A DNA stretch of 64,000 bases from Candidatus Zhuqueibacterota bacterium (GTDB lineage Bacteria; Zhuqueibacterota; Zhuqueibacteria; Residuimicrobiales; Krinioviventaceae). The stretch covers positions 145,892 to 209,891 of the forward strand of contig JAPDQV010000001.1 of the NCBI GenBank assembly GCA_034505495.1, read 5' to 3'. This document shows positions 1 to 9,000 of this stretch, one piece after another. Under the pieces are notes generated by a model. It saw only the letters and a program-made list of their open reading frames with translations, made no database searches and had not been told where the DNA came from. Position numbers and translations under genes: made by a program. Position 1 is the first letter of the stretch, and every line of letters starts with the position of its first letter.

Positions 1-2469
1 CAAACGACGTTTGATTTAAACGGTGAGCGTCTCTTGGACGGCCGCGGCAAGTCCTTGCCGCTCAGCGTAATGACTCGAATGAGGTTGGATTTTTGCCATC
101 AAAGGTTGGAGATCGATTCGCTGGCTTTTGCAGTGCAGGATGTTTCATGGTTCAGTCTGTCGATGGTAGTGGACAGTCTGCTCGGCATGCCGACTTTAAC
201 GGGATACCTGCTTCACGGCGCCGTTCCTTTGCAGCAGTTGGTCGACATTGCATCTCTAATTTTCCCAAAGGGCAACATTCCAGACCTCTTTCTTCACAAT
301 CCCAAGGCGGTCGTTGCAATCGACAGCTTGACGTTCAGGGGCAAGTTTGGTGAAGAACAGGCGGCGCTGGACTGGACGGCTTCCTTATCGTTGAAAGATG
401 CCGGAGTGACGGCCGATCGTGGAAATCTTTTCCTCGGAGGCCTGAATCTTACTGCGGTTATGCGGGGTGCCGTGCGAGAACAGACGATTGCGCAGGCTGA
501 TTTGCGGGTTTCTGCCGTCTATGATTCTGCTTCAGTCCGACTTCCGGAGTTGACGCCGCTTTATACAGGACCCTTGACTCTTGCTGCAGCCATGTCTATA
601 GGTCGAGACGGCTTTCCTGCCGACCTCGAGGCAAAGTTGACTGTTCGCAATTTGTTGGGGGCAAACGCAGCGGCATCCCTTCGGTTAAGCACCCCTCAGG
701 AACTGTCTCGCGCACACGGAAATGCGGTTATTCGAGTCGATGGTTTTGATTTGTCGCAACTTACCGGCGCTCAATGGGTTGGAAATGTTTCTGCTGAAGC
801 GGGTGTGGACATTCGCTCTCTTGATTCTTTGCGCTTCGAGGCAAAGGTTACCACGGATACGCTGACAGCCATTCAGGAAGGTCAGCTTTATGTTATGGCG
901 CCGATGACGGTCAAATCGGCTGCGCGCGGCGCCTATCATCTCGATGATAACCGCTTGGAGCTCAGAGCATTAGACTTTTCGCTCGATCCTTTCCTCCGCG
1001 CCGAGCTGCGAGCGGATTTATCACTTCAAGATTCGTCTGCGGTTTTACATCAATTTTCTGTGGCAATGGACCACGCGGCTCTTTTCGAAAAGCTGCCGAA
1101 CGCCCTGAATGAACAAATTCCGGGTGCCGGCCTAAGTGGCCGAACATCGTTTGAGGCAGGCGGCCGATTCAAGTTGTCGCCCGATCTGTTGCCGAAAGAA
1201 TTCGAAGTAAAGGCTGTGCTGCAGTCACGAGCAGATTTATCGCTACCCGCGCAGGGTGTAAAAGTCAAAGACCTTTTTGCCGAAGGCGAGCTCGTTGCGG
1301 ATTCCCGACGCGGAGGATTCATGCAGTTTGCCGTCGCACTGGACACAACGCGCTTCCTATTGCCGAATCCTCTCTCGTTTCGAGACAATCGCCTGCTGAT
1401 TCGGCTGTCGATGCCGAATCTCTCCACGATTAGTCTGGATACCGGATACGTTTCGATTCCCGATTTGCACACCTTGGGCGCCGTCAGCGGCCGTATTGAG
1501 AATTTAACCACGCATCCTTTTCTCTCGCTCAAGGCCTCGCTGCGTCAATCGGCTGAGGACACGTTGATTTTTGCCCCGGAGGTCTTTTTCAAAGGCATTA
1601 ATGAAATCGACCTGAATATTCGTGCAGATTCCAGTCATGCGGTTTTGAATGCATCGGTTCGGACCAAGGATCTCAGCGTCTACATGCCGAACGACATTCG
1701 CATCGATCGTTTGAATGCCGACCTTGCCTTTTTACAGGAATTTGATTTCGTAAATCCATCGCGTTTGGGGAGGTCTCCTGCAGTTGTGCGCACGCCATCG
1801 GACGGACTTGTCGATTACCTTCTCTATCGCAATTATTACCAAAGCTACCCCAATAAAAGCCGCCTCAGCATTAGACGAATTCAGATCGGCTCTTATCAGG
1901 TCGAGAATGTGCTGTCGGATATTTTTCTTGGCAACGGTAGGCTCGAAATCCCCTACTTTGCATTGGATGCCTACGGCGGCAATATTGCCGGTCAATTTTC
2001 GCTTTCCGCCGGAGAGAAGGATCCTTTGGACGCTTCTTACAAATTGACGGCTCATATTTCTTCCATCAATTCGTCGCTGTTGCTGCCGTCTGCCGCTTCC
2101 GAGAAAAGCAATATTACCGCACATGCCGAGTTGCGCGGCCGCGGGTTGGATATTAATAAGGGCATCGATTTGGACGGCTACTTTAATATCTCGGAGATCG
2201 AGTCCAAGGTGGCCGATAATCTTTTGCGTTCTCTGGATCCGGAAGGAAAGGATTCGGGAATCCGCAGTACGCGGTTGCTTATCAACCGCGGATTCAAACC
2301 CAAGCTTTTTCGCTTTGAGATTCGGCATGGGTTCTGTTATCCGGCAGTTTATTTTCAGCAGCCTTGGTATTTTCCGGTTCGTCTGATCGGCGGCGGCATT
2401 GAGCTGAGCCGCATACCGATCGTCACCCTGCTCAAACTCAATCCCAATTTAGCACGGAGTTTCAAATGA
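1..2469 (+). CDS. AsmA-like / YdbH-like large envelope protein (5' end lies upstream of window)
   Basis: Frame is open from nt 1 (no stop before the listed TTG at 34); >811 aa, repetitive beta-rich sequence without recognizable enzyme motifs; stop overlaps start of downstream YnbE/YdbL-like lipoprotein gene (ATGA at 2466-2469), mirroring the E. coli ydbH-ynbE-ydbL gene order. Confidence 0.4.
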   Translation, partial: QTTFDLNGERLLDGRGKSLPLSVMTRMRLDFCHQRLEIDSLAFAVQDVSWFSLSMVVDSLLGMPTLTGYLLHGAVPLQQLVDIASLIFPKGNIPDLFLHNPKAVVAIDSLTFRGKFGEEQAALDWTASLSLKDAGVTADRGNLFLGGLNLTAVMRGAVREQTIAQADLRVSAVYDSASVRLPELTPLYTGPLTLAAAMSIGRDGFPADLEAKLTVRNLLGANAAASLRLSTPQELSRAHGNAVIRVDGFDLSQLTGAQWVGNVSAEAGVDIRSLDSLRFEAKVTTDTLTAIQEGQLYVMAPMTVKSAARGAYHLDDNRLELRALDFSLDPFLRAELRADLSLQDSSAVLHQFSVAMDHAALFEKLPNALNEQIPGAGLSGRTSFEAGGRFKLSPDLLPKEFEVKAVLQSRADLSLPAQGVKVKDLFAEGELVADSRRGGFMQFAVALDTTRFLLPNPLSFRDNRLLIRLSMPNLSTISLDTGYVSIPDLHTLGAVSGRIENLTTHPFLSLKASLRQSAEDTLIFAPEVFFKGINEIDLNIRADSSHAVLNASVRTKDLSVYMPNDIRIDRLNADLAFLQEFDFVNPSRLGRSPAVVRTPSDGLVDYLLYRNYYQSYPNKSRLSIRRIQIGSYQVENVLSDIFLGNGRLEIPYFALDAYGGNIAGQFSLSAGEKDPLDASYKLTAHISSINSSLLLPSAASEKSNITAHAELRGRGLDINKGIDLDGYFNISEIESKVADNLLRSLDPEGKDSGIRSTRLLINRGFKPKLFRFEIRHGFCYPAVYFQQPWYFPVRLIGGGIELSRIPIVTLLKLNPNLARSFK

Positions 2470-3008
2470 CAAGAGCTTTTTGCCTTATCGTTTTGTTTAG
2501 CCTGTGCGCGGCCTGCAGCATCAAAACGCCGGAAATTACGCTCACTGGTGAAAAGACGGCGCTGGAAAATCAGATCATCGGTTCGTTCGAACAGTTGAAC
2601 CAACAGGATTATTTGACGACCTCGGTGCGGACGGCATTATCGGATGAGGCGGTGACCGGCAAAACCGAATCAGTGATCCAGGCTCTGCAGAACCAACAGT
2701 TCATTCAGGACGAAATTGATGAACTCAAACGTGATAAAGTCATCGGTGAAAACAATTCCGGATATCTGGAAATATTGGGGAACGAAAAATATCAAAAAGA
2801 TCCGTTGTATCGGAAACAGGTGGATCGATTGGTGGAAGAGGAAAACAACAATCGACGGATAATTTATCAAAAAGCGGCGATGAGTGCGGAGTGGAGCACC
2901 TCCACGGCTTCCGCATTGGCAAAGCTTCAACAAGAAAAGGCCGCGCCGGGAACCATGATCCAGCTGGAAAGCGGCGAATGGATCGAAAAACCCAGGCCGA
3001 AAAAATGA
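2466..3008 (+). CDS. lipoprotein, YnbE-like N-terminus fused to YdbL-like (DUF1318) domain
   Basis: Lipoprotein signal MTRAFCLIVLFSLCAAC with lipobox; C-terminal region with GYLE-type motif and overall resemblance to small periplasmic YdbL/DUF1318 proteins; translationally coupled to upstream and downstream genes. Confidence 0.45.
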   Translation: MTRAFCLIVLFSLCAACSIKTPEITLTGEKTALENQIIGSFEQLNQQDYLTTSVRTALSDEAVTGKTESVIQALQNQQFIQDEIDELKRDKVIGENNSGYLEILGNEKYQKDPLYRKQVDRLVEEENNNRRIIYQKAAMSAEWSTSTASALAKLQQEKAAPGTMIQLESGEWIEKPRPKK

Positions 3009-6000
3009 TGCAGCGATTTACTGTTATTTTCATTTTTACCTTTTTGCTGTCAGGGGCTGTTTGGTCTGAACAAACAAACGGAGGTGCAAAGGGTCCGGTG
3101 GAAGAGGTCTATCAGGTGACCAGCCATCCGGAAGCCGACTTGGCGCCGCGCGTTTCAACGGACGGGAAATGGCTTGCCTATGTCAATCGGCAGAGCGGCA
3201 ATTACGATATTTATATTAAAAATTTACAGACGGGAAGAAGCCGCCGTCTGACCGATCACGAAGCGGACGACTATCACCCGGTTTGGGATAAAAAAAATCG
3301 TTATCTGATCTTTGTCTCGCAGCGAAGCGACGCCAAAGGCGACCTTTTTCGCCTCAATCTGCGTAATGTACGCGGCGAGTTGATCGCCAAAGGCAAACCG
3401 GAACGGCTGACGACCTATATGGGGTTCGACGGCCTGCCGACCATTTCTGAATATGATGAACACATCGCCTGGGTTTCCGATCGGACAGGCCGACCGGAAA
3501 TCTGGCTGATGACTAAGCGGGGCCAGGCGATTCGTCAATTGACGCACGGCGGAGCAACACATCCGGCCTGGAGTCCCAAACAGTCCTATTTGGCTTTTAC
3601 CAGTTTTCGTCAAGACGGCAGCAACGGCGATATCTGGCTCATCAATCTCTATGCGCCGCGCGAGTGGATCGAGGTGAGGACGCCGCTGGACAGCCTTGAG
3701 CGTCCGATGTGGCCTGTAACACGCGGTGAAGCCGCTGACGGCTTTCCAACTTGGTCCCCTGATGCCAAGACGATTCTTTTTTGCCGAAGTGATCACGACG
3801 ATAACGGCGACGGGCTGATCACTCCCTCTGATCGCTCGGTAATTTGGGCTGTCGACGTTTCGCATCTGCCGCAGGACCATCCTTCTTCCTTGAATCCTTC
3901 TTATCGCCTCTACCGCGAAACGTTCGATGAACGAATCGTTCACCGTGCCTGCCCGATTGTATCGGCTAAATACAATGCCGCGCAGCCTGAATACGGTATG
4001 GACGGCCGCATTTATTTTTCGTCCGAAATCAAAGGCAATTTTGACATCTTTTCACTGCCGGACAGCCTGCTGCATGGTCATCCGCCGTCTATCGATGACA
4101 TGCCTCCGCTGCCTAACGGACTGGCTGCCAAGGATTTGTCGATCTTTATTGATGAGCCGCCGGTGTGGAACGAAAGGCAACGGCGTCAGCTCTATGATCG
4201 AATTTATACCCTGCAAAGGATCATGGACAGTCCTCAGGCCGATGCGGAACAAATTGCCGGTGCTGCCTACGAGATCGCCGTATGTTCGCTGCTGTTGGGA
4301 GATTCGCTGCGCTGCGTGCGTCATCTCGATTTTATTCTCGCCGATTATCCTGCCTCCGAGGCGGCTCCATTTGCCGAGCTTTTGCGGACCAGGGTTTCCG
4401 AGGTACGCAAAGAAAATGAGGCGCAGAAACTGCGACTTTTGGAACAGGAGATCCTTCGCCTTCAGGCCGGCGCTGCACCGAGCCGTCGATTCGCCGCCGA
4501 ATCAGAGCTGCTCCTTGGTGCTCTTTATGAACGACAAGAAAGATTTGAAGATGCAGAAAAGGCTTATCGGCGGGAAACGGAAAAGGCGCAGGCTTTTCCG
4601 GATCTTGTCGGTGAGGCCCTGCTTCGTCTCGGACGTTTGCAAAAAACCGAAGGCAAATACGGTGACGCAATGGCCTCTTTTTTGTCGGCCATGAAAAACG
4701 GCGGCAAACCGGAAAAGCATGCCCAAGCACGCAGTGAACTGCTCGAAATGTTCACCCTCGGTGCTGCCGATGATGCAACGCTGCTCTCGCGCTATAAAAT
4801 GGTGATCCGCCGGTTTTTTGCCCTCGATGTTTTCGTCATTGAGCCGTTTTTGCGAATCGCGGAATTGCATGTGCGAAACGGCAGGCTGCAGGAAGCATTG
4901 GATCTCTATGACTTTCTCCAGGCCCAGTTTGCCGATTTGACCGACGAAGCCTTTGACATTCGCTTAGGACGGGCGCAGGTGCTCTATCGGCTGGGAGATT
5001 TGCAGCAGGCGGCAACCCTCTTGAGCGAAACGGCCGCACTTTATCGCCAAAATCGGCCCAAATTGGCCAAGCAGGCCGAAACGCAATTGACCGATATGCT
5101 CTACCACTCGGCTTTAGACCTGATGACGACTAATCAATACGGTCAAGCGGCCGCAAGGTTGAAAAAGGTGCTGGAAATCGATCCGCATCATTTGCCGGCG
5201 CATCAGAGCTACATCGAATGCGCATTTTTGCTCAATCAAATCGATCAGGTGTTGACGGAATATACTGAAGCCGTCCGGAATCATCCCGAAGATAACATTC
5301 TTCTCTACGCTCAGGGATTGGCTTATTCCTATAAAGGTGCCTCGATCTATCCGAATGGTTGTGAAACTTGGGTGACCAGTGCGGAGGCTTTGGAGCAATC
5401 GAATCAAATTCTCTACAAAGCGCTGGCCTTGGATTACAATCTAATCGATGCCTACCTGCTGTTGAGTTTCAATTCCGAACTATTGGAATCTTTTCAGAAT
5501 CGGCGACAGCGGGAAGCCAAAAGTTTTGCGCAAAAGGCTTTCGGTACAATCACGGCGCCGTTGGTTTGGCTTTATCACACAGTCACCTTTTACGAAGAAA
5601 CTAAACCGCCGAGATATTATGAAAGTGCCATTCAGGAGCTCACCCAGGCGATGGCGCTCAACGACGAAGAGCTCTATCCACGGCGCGAGGCGCTTCTGGC
5701 GCTCAATATGGCCAACAATTATTACAGCCTGGGCGAATTCGGGTTCCGCAAGGCTTATGAGTACTATCACACTTTTTTAAAGTATGACTCGACTTTTGCC
5801 GGTATGCCGCACGAGGCGTTAATCAAAGAACGGATGGGGCACTGTGCCATCTTTGTCAACGATCAGCTGCGGGGACCCAACTACCTCAAGCGGGCTATCG
5901 AGTTGTATGGTAAATTGAACAATCAGGAACGTCTTCTGCTTAATCTCAAACGGCTCGCTTTGCTCTATGAGGTCGGGGAAAATCATAGCGAGGCCTTACG

Positions 6001-9000
6001 GTATTATTCAGCAGCCGCGGAGATGGAAGAACGGCTCGGGCGCTATGACGGTCTGTTGCGCAGCCGGCGCAGCGCCGCTTTGCATTACTATGCTTTGGGA
6101 CGATATGAGGAAGCGGTTAGGTCTGCTGAGGAGGCTTTGAGCATGCTCGAAAGCGGCCAGGTCCCGCGAAAAAAGAGTAAACCCATTTATCTTCAAATCG
6201 GATTGCTCGATCTTTACGCCCCCATTCCTTTCGATCTCCGCAAGGTCGGTGCCAAATCGACCATCGATATTTCGACTGAAGAAGAGGAAGCTTTTCTCTA
6301 TACGATTCTTGCTAAAGTTTTTATCGAAAATAAAGATTTCGATCGCGCCATCGAATTCTATCAGAAAAAGTTCGACCTTTATGAGCGGCGCCACGATTAC
6401 GACGCCCAGGCTGTTTTTCAAAACAACATGGGCTATCTCTATTTTCTCAAGGGTGATTATGACAACGCCTGGCGCATGTTCACCAATTCTTATTGGTGGT
6501 GCGTGCGCACCAAATACGTTTATGGCCAGCTGCTGAATTTGGAAAATGCAGCGCAAGTGGTCCTTACGATCGCAAATGAAGAAGATCCGAAACGAAAAGT
6601 TAATTTTGCCAAATATCATCGCTGGATAATCGGCAAGCTGACCGATCTTTTACGAGTCACCCGAGGCGATGAGGCCTTTTATTCGGCGATTCATGCCCGT
6701 TATCGTCTCCTTCTAGCGGATTTACTGATTGTTCCCTATGCCGAATTGCCGAAGAATCTGGAGGCGCGATGGTCGTTTCTTGAAGCGGTCGGCAATGCCG
6801 AAAAGCATCTGATGGAAGCGGAGCGGCTCAGCCGACAGTATCGTCTGCCGCGTGAAGAGTGCGCGGCGCTTTATCGACGGGCAGAGTTGCGGCTCCAAAC
6901 CGGCGACTCGACGGCGGTTTCTTTGTATCTTAGAGCCAAAGAGACGGCGGAGCAGCATCAACTGCGCGATCTTTTGCGACAAATCTATACGGCGCTCGGC
7001 AGTGAAAGCATGAGATTATCTGAAAGAACAGATAACTCTTTGGCGGATGCATCCTTTTATTTGCAGGAGGCCGTGCGATTGACCGAACGGGAGGCTCCTT
7101 CGAACCTGCTTTTATCGGCTGTGCAGGTGCGGCGTCTCATCGAAGCGCCTTATCGCCGTCTCATTCAGCTGCAGGCGGAACGCGGCGATGCGGAGAATGC
7201 GCTGCTGACGGCGGAAAGGATGCGCAGCCAAGTTTTTCGGCAATTGATGCGACGAGACCGTCCGAGTCTCGGGGGAGAAACGGAGCAACGACTTTTTCAT
7301 AGAGCGGACTCTTTGGCCGAGGAGCTGCGCCGTCAAACTGAGCAGGCGAATCGAACTCGTACGAACGACGCAGTCTTGGCTGAAGAGATCGAAAGGTTGC
7401 AGCGTGAATACGAGGCGGCCTTGACTGTCGTTAGGCGCAAAGCGCCGCAGCTTGAGCCGTTTTTACGGCCGGTCAACATTTCGTTGGCTGAACTGCAAAG
7501 CAGACTTGAGCCCAAAGAAGGGCTGCTTACAATTCTTTATCTGCAGGATCAGCTGCTGTTTGGTTGGATAACACGCCGAAACATCGAATTGTACCGACCG
7601 AATTTAGCTGCTTCAAACTTTCGAAAACTTTTGGTTCGTTTACGGGATGGTTTCGAAGCCGATTCGTTGGACGCGGCCGCGGCGGACAGCATTAAAACGG
7701 CCTTTTCCATTTTACCCCTTCAAGGGATCAAACGTTTATACATTCTTCCTGAGCACAAGGATCTGCCTTTTCCTTGGAGTGCATTGTTTCATCTTGTCGA
7801 TTTTCCAACTGTTGCAGGGGTTATTTCTGATTTATCGGCCTTTTTCCCGCCTGGAAAAACAGATCGCTTACCCTCGTTAACGATCTTGAGTTCCGATTCT
7901 CTGCTGCTGCAGGCTCTGCAGAAGCGGGACAGCCTCGTCGTCTCGCCGCTGCCGTCCAAGGCGTCTGACCGCATTGACGCAGCGGTGGTACATTTGCGCG
8001 GAAACAGCCTCGCTCAACCGGTCTTTCCGACCAACAGCACGTTTTCCGCAGCTTGGGCGGGGAAGTGGTCGCCGCTCGATTTACTGCGTGGAAAAGCTTC
8101 TTTAACCCTGCTCTGCTTGGATATTGATAAGGGAGAGTGGACGGCTGAAGCGCTGAGTGCTTGGGAGCGAGCGGCTTATTTCAATGGAACCCGCCGGCTT
8201 TTTGTCTCCTTATGGCCGACAGCCGACAGCAGTCGAACCTTTCTGCAAAGCTGTTTTCGTTATTTGCAAAACAACTTGCCCTCAGCGGCTTTGGACACAA
8301 CCCAGGAGCAAATGGTCGAAAAAGGTGTTCCGTTGCGTTTTTGGGCGGGATTTCAAATCTACGGCGTCGAATCAGGTTCGACTGCAGAAGCGCCGATGAG
8401 CAGCGATGCAGATGAGTGGGTTGCGCGGGGTGATGAGGCGCGGCGGGCACGAAACTGGCGGCATGCTGTGGAATGCTACCTCGAAGCTTTAGAGAGAACG
8501 CAAGCAGAGCGGGAAAAGAATGAGTCGATAGCCGAAAGACTCTTGGCAAGCGCCTTGAGCGGCGGTCTGTGGACCGAGGCGGTTGATGTTGTGCGCCGTC
8601 GAGCATCTTATTACTCCCAAAAGAACTTGCGCCGTGAACAGGCGGCAATGCAGAGGCTTATGGCGGTCGTTTATCATCAGCAGGGGGCGACGGCCGGCGA
8701 GGCGCAGGCGTTAGCCGAATATAGACGGCTTTGCCGCACTTTTTCCATTCCTTACGACGATGCGACGGCTTTTTTCGAAACGGCTCAGCTTTACGCAGAC
8801 AACGGCGACTATGAGCAGGCCGCGCTTCTTTCCATTAAAGCGGCCGAACGGTACGGCAAACTAAACCGCACGCGAAATCAGATTGAAAGCTTACTGAGGG
8901 CCGCAGAATATTTATTCGAAGAGACAGGTTATGTCGATTTGGCGATCGATTTGGCGGAATCGGCTGAACAGCTGAGTAAAAATAACCAGCAAATGGATTT

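Noticed and set aside
93-353. Nested 86-aa ORF inside the YdbH-like gene
   Set aside because: Alternate-frame ORF within a long continuous coding frame, with a Arg/Gly/Ser-rich low-complexity translation.
2891-3004. Upstream extension of the giant ORF (track start 2891, MEHLHGF…)
   Set aside because: It would overlap the preceding lipoprotein gene by 117 nt. The in-frame ATG at 3005 overlaps the upstream stop and is immediately followed by a classical signal peptide, so 3005 is the likely start.
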